The notes beneath the pieces are model-generated. The model ran no database searches. It was not told the origin of the DNA and worked only from the letters and a program-made list of their open reading frames with translations. Positions 16,830 through 25,148 of a stretch of 36,421 nt of DNA are shown here, in pieces. Position numbers and translations under genes: made by a program. Numbering within the stretch: the first letter of the stretch is position 1; the number at the start of each line of letters is the position of its first letter. The DNA is from an uncultured Candidatus Saccharibacteria bacterium (GTDB lineage: Bacteria > Patescibacteriota > Minisyncoccia > Phycocordibacterales > UBA9973), in assembly GCA_964603145.1 (NCBI GenBank), contig CAZRTW010000002.1:1-36421 (forward strand), read 5' to 3'.

Positions 16830-17283
16830 TTGAAAAGACTCCCCCGAAACTTCCTGCCGTCCCCGCCATAAATTTTTTGGTTGTTTGGAAAAATGCGTTA
16901 CCGGTGCCTACTCCCGGGCTTGAGCTATATTTCCCATCGGCATAGGATACAAATGTACATGTGGGGGTTGCTTCTGTCATGCAGACCTGCCCTCCAGAAT
17001 TATAGCTGCCGATTTGAATTGTACTGTAATTGACATCATTGTGTGCGTATACTTTTGAATATTGGTAGTTAAGCTTAAGCTGCTGATGAGTAGCATAGTC
17101 TTGAATGAAATGTATGTTTGTTATATTTCCTTTGCAGTTGCAGGTGCTTTCATCATAGGCAAGATTGTGTCGCCCGCCGAAATACTGTCCTCCTCCAGCT
17201 GACTGACCAACGGCAGTTTCTACCGGCAAAAAGCCAAGTCCGAAAAATGCGAGCATGAATAAAAAGTAGAGGTTAACTTTCAT
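16816..17283 (-). CDS. Small secreted Cys-containing protein, function unknown
   Basis: Signal peptide 'MKVNLYFLFMLAFFGLGFLPVETAVG' and four Cys in the mature part. TGATATACT lies 6 nt upstream. Confidence 0.7.
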   Translation of the reverse strand: MKVNLYFLFMLAFFGLGFLPVETAVGQSAGGGQYFGGRHNLAYDESTCNCKGNITNIHFIQDYATHQQLKLNYQYSKVYAHNDVNYSTIQIGSYNSGGQVCMTEATPTCTFVSYADGKYSSSPGVGTGNAFFQTTKKFMAGTAGSFGGVFSNGNV

Positions 17284-17289
17284 AGCGTA

Positions 17290-17298
17290 AGTATATCA
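17290..17298 (-). promoter_or_regulatory. Extended -10 box TGATATACT, 6 nt upstream of ATG 17283
   Basis: The TGA of the extension is also the stop codon of CDS 17296-17946. Confidence 0.45.
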
Positions 17299-17946
17299 AA
17301 TCCCCTTTGTTATGTTTATTTTTACTGGGAATGGCGCACTCGAACCGTTTTCGTTTGAAATTGCTACTGATGCATCAATGTACCAGCCAGTTGGGTCGGT
17401 AGAATTTGTTGTGATGATGTGTCGCACCACTTGCTTGTGCTGTTCTTCCGTAAGCTGCCACCAATCTTCCGCCATAGTTGCTGAAAGGGACAGATCAGCT
17501 TTGAAAGTGACCGAAGTACCGTTGTTTTTTGCTGGAATATGAATGAAGGCATCATCAAATTCAATGGATACAAGAACAGCATTGTCCTCAGTGAAATTTT
17601 CCCCATAGATTGTCACTGTGTCGCCGTTACCGAATCGCGGATTTGAAATATGAGAAATGGTAGGCGCACGCATTTTGTCATTCTTTGTAGGGACATAGAG
17701 GTCTGGGGCCTCTTTTACAGGGCTTGGTGTGTCTCTTTTTTCTCCTTCAACACCAGAGAGGAATTCTTCTGCAGTTGGGGCATCATTTCTATCCCCTTCC
17801 TTTAAAATCTGCTGTGTTCCATCAGTTTTGAAAGCTAATTTTTGCAGTGCTTCTTTCGGGCTTTCTTTTTTGATAATCAGAAAAATAGCTGCTCCAGCGA
17901 GGAGAAGAGAGAGGAGCGCGAGACCAAATTTTTTGCCAGCGTACAT
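17296..17946 (-). CDS. N-terminally anchored protein with a possible IPT/TIG-like beta domain
   Basis: TM 'FGLALLSLLLAGAAIFLII'. 'PTISHISNPRFGNGDTVTIYGENFTEDNAVLV' resembles IPT/TIG repeats. TGGTATACT lies 7 nt upstream. Confidence 0.7.
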   Translation of the reverse strand: MYAGKKFGLALLSLLLAGAAIFLIIKKESPKEALQKLAFKTDGTQQILKEGDRNDAPTAEEFLSGVEGEKRDTPSPVKEAPDLYVPTKNDKMRAPTISHISNPRFGNGDTVTIYGENFTEDNAVLVSIEFDDAFIHIPAKNNGTSVTFKADLSLSATMAEDWWQLTEEQHKQVVRHIITTNSTDPTGWYIDASVAISNENGSSAPFPVKINITKGI

Positions 17947-17953
17947 GTTAGAG

Positions 17954-17962
17954 AGTATACCA
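17954..17962 (-). promoter_or_regulatory. Extended -10 box TGGTATACT, 7 nt upstream of ATG 17946
   Basis: It lies in the 21-nt gap after the rsmA stop. Confidence 0.45.
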
Positions 17963-17967
17963 CTTCC

Positions 17968-18765
17968 CTATTTAGTGAGAATTTTTGTCAGTTTAAGCCA
18001 AACTGGAAGTGAAAGATCTTCAGCTCGAGTATTGGGCGAGAGTTCAAGTTCTGAAAAAGCCCTTTGAATATCTTCTTTTTTTGCCACTTTTTCAAGATTG
18101 CGAGAGAGCAGTTTTCGCTTATGGGCAAACGCTGCGTGTACGACATCGAAAAATGAATTTGGCGAAATACCGTCATCAAAATTCTTTTGGGAAATATTTG
18201 TTACCGCGAGTACAGCTGAATCTACTTTTGGAGCAGGACGAAACGCAGAGGCTGGAACCTTTGCAGTAATTTTTGGTGTGCCAAACGCTTTCACTGAAAG
18301 CGAAAGGATACTTTCTTTATTATCGCGAGCTACAATGCGTGTTGCCACTTCTTTTTGAATGAGCACCACCATACATGACGGGGGGTTTTTTTCTGTCAGA
18401 AATTTTTCAAATATTGCGCCAGTAATGTAATACGGAATATTTGCGATTAGTTTGTAGCTTCCAGATTTCAATCCGTAATCTGCTGGACTCCACTTCATAA
18501 TATCTTTTTCAATGAGTTCAAATTGTCGGGAAGAAATTTCCTTCGCGAATTTTTCGGAAAGGATCGGGATGAGGTCTGTGTCAAATTCAACAGCAATAAT
18601 TTTTGCACCAGTTGCAAGAAGTGCCGACGTGAGTACACCTTCGCCGGGGCCGATTTCAAGTACCGTATCACCTACCCCAACTTCGCCAGAAGCAACAATA
18701 GCCTTAATCGCCGAATTGCTCCGTAAAAAATGTTGACCCAAAGATTTTTTTGCTCGGTGTGACAT
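17968..18765 (-). CDS. rsmA: 16S rRNA (adenine1518/1519-N6)-dimethyltransferase
   Basis: 'KKSLGQHFL' N-terminal motif and SAM-binding 'VLEIGPGEGVLT'. Length is typical (265 aa). Confidence 0.9.
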   Translation of the reverse strand: MSHRAKKSLGQHFLRSNSAIKAIVASGEVGVGDTVLEIGPGEGVLTSALLATGAKIIAVEFDTDLIPILSEKFAKEISSRQFELIEKDIMKWSPADYGLKSGSYKLIANIPYYITGAIFEKFLTEKNPPSCMVVLIQKEVATRIVARDNKESILSLSVKAFGTPKITAKVPASAFRPAPKVDSAVLAVTNISQKNFDDGISPNSFFDVVHAAFAHKRKLLSRNLEKVAKKEDIQRAFSELELSPNTRAEDLSLPVWLKLTKILTK

Positions 18766-18959
18766 ATTAGAATCAGTTTCAAAAATAACCGCTTATAATT
18801 AATAATCTATGTATTGTGCTTGCCTGTCTGAAAAATCAAATTTCGGTCATAAAACGAGTTTCGTCAGTCAACGATGCTTTGGCATCGCTTCCTTCCTCAT
18901 CCTCGTTTTCTGCCTCGAAATTTGAGTTTTCATTTCAGGCATTATTTTTGAGACTGATT

Positions 18960-20873
18960 CTAGTCGAAGAAAATACTTGGAAGTTCACGCGGGATGTCAG
19001 AGTGGAGTTCGATGTGCTCCTCTGGAATATCATAAAGGAATTCAGATGGAACGGAAATGTTGCGTGAACCGAAGATGGTTCGGGTGCTTGCGTGGAGAAG
19101 AAAAACTCTCTCCTTTGCACGAGTGAGTGCGACGTAGAAAAGTCGACGCTCTTCCTCGGCATCTTCGATTTTTGTGGCCTTTGATGCGCGTTCGTGCGGA
19201 AAGAGTCCTTCTTCAAGTCCCACAATGAAAACAGCTCTAAATTCGAGGCCTTTTGAGGCATGCACAGTAAGAAGTCGCACGCCTTCTGGAGACTCCGCGA
19301 GTGCATCTTGGTCAGAGCGAAGAGCTGCATCTTCAAGGAATTTAACCACGCCGTCCCCGAGCGGCAGTGTGTCATATATAGAGGCAAGGGTTGCAAGTTC
19401 ACCCACGTTTTCAATGCGCTCGATTCCCTGCTCTCCTTCGTCTTGGAATTCTTCTTTTAACCCAGAATTGTCGAGTACGTAGCGAACAAGCGCAGATGGA
19501 TATAAAGTTTCTGTTGCATCTTTAATGCCATCGAGAATTTTTTCGTAACCCTTTAGTGTGAGCTGGGTTTTTGGCGAGAGTTCGTCTCTCATACCAGCGA
19601 AAATTTTGGCGACCGATGCATCTCCAATCCCGCGTTTTGGTTTGTTGATGGTGCGTTTAATATCTGCGAGCGAATCACGGTTTACTGCTGCGCGAATGTA
19701 GGCAATGACATCTTTCACTTCTGCGCGTTCGAAGAATTGTGTACCGATAACACGGTATGGAACGTCAGCAAAGAGGAATGCTTCTTCGAGCACTCGCGAT
19801 TGAAAGTTTGCGCGAAAGAGTACGGCAATTTCTTCCGGAGGAATTCCAGAAGCAATTAATTTTTCTGACTCGCGGGCAACAAACGCAGCCTCGTCACTTT
19901 CGCTGAAAGCTTCATACCGCAGAATTTTTTCTCCGGTACCAAGTTCAGTAAAGAGATGCTTTGGAAGGCGTACGGTATTTTTGATGATGATCGCATTCGC
20001 GGCATCGAGAATATGCGCAGTTGAACGATAATTTTGTTCAAGGAACACAGTATGCGCTCCAGGAAAATCTTTTTCGAAATGGAGCATATTTTTTATTTTT
20101 GCTCCGCGCCATGAATAAATATTTTGGTCAGTATCTCCAACCACACAGATATTTTTCTTCTCTCCCGCAAGGAATTTCACCATGCGGTATTCCATCTCGT
20201 TGGTGTCTTGGTATTCGTCAACATGAATATATTGATAGCGATTCTGGTACTCAGCTCGGATTTCCTTTTCCTTTTCAAGTAAGCGAACAGCTTTCACAAT
20301 AAGATCATCAAAGTCGACAGCACGGGATTTCTGGAGTTTTTCTTCATAGAGGCGCCAAATACGAACGGCATCGCTCTCCGCTTGATTCACGATTTTGTCT
20401 GCCATAGTTTGGGGAGTTTCGCCGGACATTTTAGCGCTTGAAATAATGTGCTTTACGCGCTTTGGATCAAGAATCTTTGGATCAATGCCGAATTCACGCA
20501 TGCATTCTCGAATAACGGCTTTCGCGTCATCCTCATCAAAAATAGAAAAGTGCTTTGTAAGGCCAAAGTAGCCTGCATGTTCGCGGATGATAGAGCCACC
20601 AAGTCGGTGGAAGGTTGTAACAGTCGGCACTATATCAATATGGTGCTTAGCAATTGCTGTAGCGACACGCTCTCGCATTTCCCCTGCTGCCTTGTTGGTA
20701 AAAGTAACTGCCAAAATATTTTTTGGTGAAATTCCCTTTTGAATGAGGTGTACGATACGTTCGGTAAGAGTCTTAGTTTTCCCCGCACCAGCGCCAGCTA
20801 CAATAAGAAGTGGCCCCTCGGTATGAAGGACTGCTTCTTTTTGGGCAGGATTTAAGTGTGAGAGCTCATCCAT
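18960..20873 (-). CDS. pcrA: UvrD/PcrA-family ATP-dependent DNA helicase
   Basis: 'LNPAQKEAV...LLIVAGAGAGKTKTLTERI' (Walker A), 'HVDEYQDTN', 'VTFTNKAA'. The start is set at ATG 20873 (MDELSHLNPAQ) because the longer ORF would cross terminator 20903-20929. TATAGT lies 9 nt upstream. Confidence 0.9.
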   Translation of the reverse strand: MDELSHLNPAQKEAVLHTEGPLLIVAGAGAGKTKTLTERIVHLIQKGISPKNILAVTFTNKAAGEMRERVATAIAKHHIDIVPTVTTFHRLGGSIIREHAGYFGLTKHFSIFDEDDAKAVIRECMREFGIDPKILDPKRVKHIISSAKMSGETPQTMADKIVNQAESDAVRIWRLYEEKLQKSRAVDFDDLIVKAVRLLEKEKEIRAEYQNRYQYIHVDEYQDTNEMEYRMVKFLAGEKKNICVVGDTDQNIYSWRGAKIKNMLHFEKDFPGAHTVFLEQNYRSTAHILDAANAIIIKNTVRLPKHLFTELGTGEKILRYEAFSESDEAAFVARESEKLIASGIPPEEIAVLFRANFQSRVLEEAFLFADVPYRVIGTQFFERAEVKDVIAYIRAAVNRDSLADIKRTINKPKRGIGDASVAKIFAGMRDELSPKTQLTLKGYEKILDGIKDATETLYPSALVRYVLDNSGLKEEFQDEGEQGIERIENVGELATLASIYDTLPLGDGVVKFLEDAALRSDQDALAESPEGVRLLTVHASKGLEFRAVFIVGLEEGLFPHERASKATKIEDAEEERRLFYVALTRAKERVFLLHASTRTIFGSRNISVPSEFLYDIPEEHIELHSDIPRELPSIFFD

Positions 20874-20882
20874 AGTAGGTCT

Positions 20883-20888
20883 ACTATA
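20883..20888 (-). promoter_or_regulatory. -10-like TATAGT, 9 nt upstream of pcrA ATG 20873
   Basis: It lies just downstream of terminator 20903-20929. Confidence 0.4.
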
Positions 20889-20902
20889 CTGGAAAAGTTC
20901 TA

Positions 20903-20929
20903 CAAAACAAAAAAGCCCCGAAGGGCTTT
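20903..20929 (-). terminator. Intrinsic terminator after CDS 20941-21243
   Basis: Stem aaagccc/gggcttt with loop cgaa. It is followed on the minus strand by TTTTGTTTTG. Confidence 0.75.
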
Positions 20930-20940
20930 GTTGTCTGTGT

Positions 20941-21243
20941 TTACACGCCGAGATCTTTTTTGATCTTGAGCATCTTTTCTTCGTCTTCAAGCTCTTTCTT
21001 TTCTTTTTCTACCGCTTTGAAAACAGAAGTTCCTTCTTTTTGGAGATTCGCGATATTTTCTACTTCAGCTGCCTGATTAAGCACGGCTTCCTCAAAGAAT
21101 GTTAATGTTATCTTTTCCTGCATGTCTTCAGGGAAACGATTAAAATTATCAGTAATGAACGCGCGAGCTTCTGCCTCGCTTCCATTTTTCATGATAGCTT
21201 TTAGCTCTTCAACAGGGTCAGTCGTTGCATGTTTTGTGGTCAT
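20941..21243 (-). CDS. Small acidic hypothetical protein
   Basis: 100-aa ORF starting 4 nt after the upstream stop. Followed by terminator 20903-20929. No recognisable motif. Confidence 0.6.
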   Translation of the reverse strand: MTTKHATTDPVEELKAIMKNGSEAEARAFITDNFNRFPEDMQEKITLTFFEEAVLNQAAEVENIANLQKEGTSVFKAVEKEKKELEDEEKMLKIKKDLGV

Positions 21244-21247
21244 ATAA

Positions 21248-22363
21248 TTACTTCAATTTACTCTTATGCGTATCAAGAGTTTTTTCTGATATTAAATTAG
21301 AAATCATTGCCCAGAAACCATTGCCTCGTTTCTCTTTCTCCTTCTCTTTTTGCATATCTATGAACTCATCACGGAGTTTATCTTGTTCAGTAGGATGCTC
21401 TTTCCCAAATTTATCACCATCGAGCTTCTTTTCTTTCTTGAAGTCTTCCCATTCATTCTCAATGTCCTCGTCCGTAAGCTGTTCACGGGATTCTTCAAAG
21501 GTAGCAAGATTTTCAGGTGGGGCATCTTCTAATGTTTTATTTGTAGCAACATGTGATACTGCATGTCGGACTGATTCATTTTTATTGATTGTGTCTGAAA
21601 GAACCTTTCCGACATTCTTGAGTTCTGTGCTCATGAGATCCATCGCGATATGAATCTCATCATATGAAACATTTTCTTTTGCTGATTCGTCATTAAACTT
21701 TTTCAAACGCTTTTCCGCCAAACTTCCACGGGTTAGCCAGTTACCAAGCTTTTGGAATTTGTTGTATTTTTCGTGGATCACTTTTTGAAGTGCAGCATCG
21801 CGCTGTTTTTCATCAGGGATGGCAAGAATTTCTGAGTATTGATCTGGGTCAATTTTGTGTTTTGCACAAAGCTCTTCCACTTTTGAGTCAATATTTTTGT
21901 AGTCCCCTGTTTCATGGGAGTTAAGCTTCTCCATTGCCTTAGAAAGTTTTTGGAATCGCGTTGGATCCTGTATGGCAAGAAGCTCCATCTGGTGATGAAG
22001 GGCTTCAGATATCTTTTTCTCGCCCGCAAGATTCAGAATTTTTTCAAATCCAGGTGAGTAGCGAGCAAGGTCACGTAGTTTCTCAACATTAATGCCCTCC
22101 AAGACCTTCTTGGATGCTTCCATTTTATTATGAAAATCTTGTCGAATTTTTTCGGCCTTATCGAGTTCGTTCTGGTTGAGTTTTCCAGTAAAGAGGCGTT
22201 CTGCAAATCCACCTCCAGCCTTAGAAGCTTTTACCATTTCTCCGAAGAGTGCACTCTGTTCCTCGTTGGCAAGAATCTTATCGAGCGTAGGTCCTCTGTC
22301 TTCTTTTGGGTACACTTTCCCCTGCGCTACTTCCTGGTGATGTTTGAGTTGGTTTAGAACCAT
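21248..22363 (-). CDS. Lys/Glu-rich helical hypothetical protein
   Basis: 371-aa ORF with no signal peptide, TM segment or recognisable motif. Confidence 0.65.
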   Translation of the reverse strand: MVLNQLKHHQEVAQGKVYPKEDRGPTLDKILANEEQSALFGEMVKASKAGGGFAERLFTGKLNQNELDKAEKIRQDFHNKMEASKKVLEGINVEKLRDLARYSPGFEKILNLAGEKKISEALHHQMELLAIQDPTRFQKLSKAMEKLNSHETGDYKNIDSKVEELCAKHKIDPDQYSEILAIPDEKQRDAALQKVIHEKYNKFQKLGNWLTRGSLAEKRLKKFNDESAKENVSYDEIHIAMDLMSTELKNVGKVLSDTINKNESVRHAVSHVATNKTLEDAPPENLATFEESREQLTDEDIENEWEDFKKEKKLDGDKFGKEHPTEQDKLRDEFIDMQKEKEKEKRGNGFWAMISNLISEKTLDTHKSKLK

Positions 22364-22431
22364 ATATCTTCTGGATGATAGTTTGTAATATTAAAATTAT
22401 ATCTCCTTATCCTAGAGTGTCAAGGAATAAG

Positions 22432-22458
22432 AAAAAAGCCGCATTATGCGGCCTTTTT
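22432..22458 (-). terminator. Intrinsic terminator at the end of CDS 22444-25038
   Basis: Stem gccgca/tgcggc. The loop 'tta' is the stop codon itself, flanked by A6 and T5. Confidence 0.55.
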
Positions 22459-25038
22459 CTCGTACTTTCTAAGCACTATTTCTTCTGTAGCGGGCAGAGC
22501 ATACAAACGGGTAATGAAATCATGTAGGGTCTCGCCCGTTTCCGGTTCCGTACCATATTTTTCGGCCATCACTTTCAGTTTTCCAAAAAATTCTTTAGCG
22601 CTTGGTATCAAGTCAGGATCGTTGATGTTTGGCCATATGCCGAGGGCTAATTTCCCACTGAGTGCTTTGTATTCAGGGGCGTATGTTGCGCGACGCTTTA
22701 TTCCGGTAAGTCCAAACGCGTTCGCAAAATCATTTTCAAACATAGCCGTTGAGAGATCCTGCATCTCCTCAAGCGCTGCTCCAGTAAGTTTTTTCTGCTT
22801 AGGAGTGAGGGAAATTCTACGGCTCTCTCTTTTTTCTATTCTCTCTTCCGTTTCAACTCGCTCTTTTGTTGCAACATACCGATCGAGAATTCCCTTGTCA
22901 TCCTCAATAGATTCTTTTAATTCATCAATCTGTTTTTGAACCTCGGCTCTCTCGTTAGGCTTTTTCTTTTTAAGTTCATTTCCCAACTCTATGCGCTTGC
23001 TGATATTGCCAAGGACCTTCTTGCGAAGATCGTAGATCATTTTTTCTGTAGGAACAACTTCTTGTACTGGCTCCGGAATTTCAATACCGATGCTATGTGC
23101 AATATTTTTTACAAACTCATCAATATTTTTAATATCGAGTTTTTCGGCCAGCCGTTCGATATCGGCGTTAATACTTCCAATCGTTTCGCCTCGCGCTGCA
23201 CGGTTCTGTTCAAACAAAATTTTCTTTTGAGAAGTTTCGTTAAGTTGGAGGGCGTGAATGATTTTTTCTTCAAGTTCCGCTAAATCTTTTTCAGCTTCTT
23301 CCTGTATGGAAGCAATTCCTTCTGCAAGGCGTTCTTTTCTGATGTATTCTTTTGTTTGTTCTGAAAGATGGCTATGAATATTTTCTGCGATTTCCTGCCA
23401 GTTTGTATTTACTTCTTCACTGCGGTCGTGAGGAATATTTTCAAAATCAATATATTCGTCAGTAATATCACGATCCGGGGCATCAGTTATTGGTTTAACT
23501 TCAGGAGACTGCATAACCATGTCATCCGGATGAAGATATGAAAGATTATTCGCATCAGCAATTTCCTCCGCCAATGTCTGAAGTTTCGGCCAATCAAGGC
23601 CAAGCTCTTCTCCAAGAGATGAAATTTTTTTATCAAGCAATCCTGCTTCTTGGCTGTTTTTGAATTGTGCAGCACCACGAGCATATGCGTCAGGTATTGA
23701 TGCGTTTCCTTCGATCTTTTTATTTTCCTTTTGTAGTGCTTGCAGAATAAGGTCTTTCAATTGACCCATCTTGTCCACAGGTTGCTCTATCTGTTCGGGC
23801 TCATTCCCTGGCAAATATGAGAGGTCCTCTTTGGGTATATCCAGGTTATTTTTTATGAGCAACAGACGAACATATTCTTCGATATTTGGAATGCCGAGCG
23901 CTTCGGCAAGTTTTTCAATCTCCGTGTTAAGCGCACCAATGGCATATCCACGATCGGCTTGGTTCTTGGCAAAAAGAAGACTGTTTGCCTTAACAGAGTC
24001 TAACCCGTGCGCGGAAAGAATTATTTCATCAAGTTTTTTCTGTAACTCTTCTTTTGTTGTTTCCTCGCTTTCTGGAGCTTCAACAGTAGGAACAGCAGTT
24101 CGATCCTTTTCGTATTTTTCAATCAGATCATGCGCATAAAACTCGATTGCGGGGATTCCGAGTTTTTCCGCGAGTGCTGCGATCTCCGCATTGAGCGAAC
24201 GAATCTGTAACTGGTGTTCATCTTTGTTTTGTTGGAAAAGAATTGTATCTTTGTCGGCGTTCTCAAAAAGATGTGCTTTGACAATCATGGCATCAAGTTC
24301 TTTTTGAAGTTCTTCGGTTGTTTGAGGAACTTTTTCTACGCCAGTATTCTGGCGGGATGTCGCAAGATTTTCTGCGCGAGTTTTAATTTTTCCTTCCTGA
24401 CTAAATGTCTCTTCTAAGCTTGCACGCACTTCGGCAAGCTTGTCTCCGGCTTTTTCAACAAGACCATCAACCTTCATTTGAAGGAGTTGTTTGGGGCTTA
24501 CTTTTTTCTTTGGTTCAGCTTCTGTTTGTTCGGCGACGGGTTCCTCTATTGTCTCTGGTGATACGAGTTTGCCATCCAAAGTAACTGTCGGCTTTGTAAA
24601 CGCCACAGAATGTTCTTTAGCAATACTCTCAGCGATATTGTGTAATTGTTCTTGTGTGAAACCAAGTTCGGCTGCTCGCCCTAAAATTTCCTTTCCGAAT
24701 ACGAGTTGTCCCTTGGCCTCTCCATTCTCAAGATTATTTTTGATGGCCCCTAGAATAAGACTGTTTAATTCTCTGATTACTTTTTCTTTTGCTTCCCCAA
24801 AGAGTTCCTCAGGTTTTGGAGCTTCTTCGGTATGGTTTCTTTTATTGACGAGTTTTCTCCCAGTTTCCCATTTCTTTTTAACCTTTTCAGCGCGCTTTAC
24901 CTTCAATTCTTCAAGTCTCTTGATATCGTTTTCAATTGCTGCAGCGTCTTCTCTATTTTGTCGTTTTAGTTCATCAATACGCGCGAGCATACGCTCGCGC
25001 CGAAGTGTGGGATCAAATGTAAGATCTTCTTTTTCCAT
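22444..25038 (-). CDS. Large cytoplasmic repeat protein (five divergent ~65-70-aa repeats), function unknown
   Basis: The start is set at ATG 25038 (MEKEDLTF...) because the longer ORF overlaps hairpin 25091-25126 and the upstream gene. The repeats share 'L..L...I..A......LF..N.......I..LN.EI..LAE.LGI..I.E'. Confidence 0.7.
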   Translation of the reverse strand: MEKEDLTFDPTLRRERMLARIDELKRQNREDAAAIENDIKRLEELKVKRAEKVKKKWETGRKLVNKRNHTEEAPKPEELFGEAKEKVIRELNSLILGAIKNNLENGEAKGQLVFGKEILGRAAELGFTQEQLHNIAESIAKEHSVAFTKPTVTLDGKLVSPETIEEPVAEQTEAEPKKKVSPKQLLQMKVDGLVEKAGDKLAEVRASLEETFSQEGKIKTRAENLATSRQNTGVEKVPQTTEELQKELDAMIVKAHLFENADKDTILFQQNKDEHQLQIRSLNAEIAALAEKLGIPAIEFYAHDLIEKYEKDRTAVPTVEAPESEETTKEELQKKLDEIILSAHGLDSVKANSLLFAKNQADRGYAIGALNTEIEKLAEALGIPNIEEYVRLLLIKNNLDIPKEDLSYLPGNEPEQIEQPVDKMGQLKDLILQALQKENKKIEGNASIPDAYARGAAQFKNSQEAGLLDKKISSLGEELGLDWPKLQTLAEEIADANNLSYLHPDDMVMQSPEVKPITDAPDRDITDEYIDFENIPHDRSEEVNTNWQEIAENIHSHLSEQTKEYIRKERLAEGIASIQEEAEKDLAELEEKIIHALQLNETSQKKILFEQNRAARGETIGSINADIERLAEKLDIKNIDEFVKNIAHSIGIEIPEPVQEVVPTEKMIYDLRKKVLGNISKRIELGNELKKKKPNERAEVQKQIDELKESIEDDKGILDRYVATKERVETEERIEKRESRRISLTPKQKKLTGAALEEMQDLSTAMFENDFANAFGLTGIKRRATYAPEYKALSGKLALGIWPNINDPDLIPSAKEFFGKLKVMAEKYGTEPETGETLHDFITRLYALPATEEIVLRKYEKKAA
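23089..24783 (-). repeat. Protein-level array of five divergent ~65-70-aa repeats inside CDS 22444-25038
   Basis: Repeats lie at aa 86-143, 242-309, 330-398, 424-497 and 585-650 (numbered from ATG 25038). Two examples are 'EELQKELDAMIVKAHLF...LNAEIAALAEKLGIPAIEFY' and 'EELQKKLDEIILSAHGL...LNTEIEKLAEALGIPNIEEY'. Confidence 0.6.
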
Positions 25039-25090
25039 AAGGCAAATTAACTGTCCATAGTATGCCACGTTTTTTGTTGTATATAAATAG

Positions 25091-25126
25091 AAGAAGACCA
25101 AGTTCGATTGTGAACTTGGTCTTCTT
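25091..25126 (-). terminator. Hairpin terminator after CDS 25149-25916
   Basis: 15-bp perfect stem (aagaagaccaagttc / gaacttggtcttctt) with a 6-nt loop. Confidence 0.7.
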
Positions 25127-25148
25127 GATGGTTTATAGGGGCTGACTG

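Noticed and set aside
17281-17298. Possible TGA recoding or an alternative genetic code. The 216-aa and 155-aa ORFs are in frame, separated only by TGA plus four codons.
   Set aside because: The downstream ORF has its own signal peptide and its own TGATATACT box. All long housekeeping genes (pnp, pcrA, comM, rsmA) are intact under the standard code with no in-frame TGA, and a TGA-sense code would show many. Most stops are TAA or TAG.
18766-18959. A 194-bp pcrA-rsmA spacer with an 8-bp outer stem (18851-18858 / 18902-18909) enclosing a 6-bp hairpin (18872-18887), plus an 83-aa plus-strand ORF at 18816-19067. I considered an ncRNA or a small gene.
   Set aside because: Stems of this length are expected by chance in a ~200-nt AT-rich region. 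It resembles no RNA family I know. The 83-aa ORF overlaps the pcrA 3' end and has no start signals. This spacer probably carries the rsmA promoter and leader.
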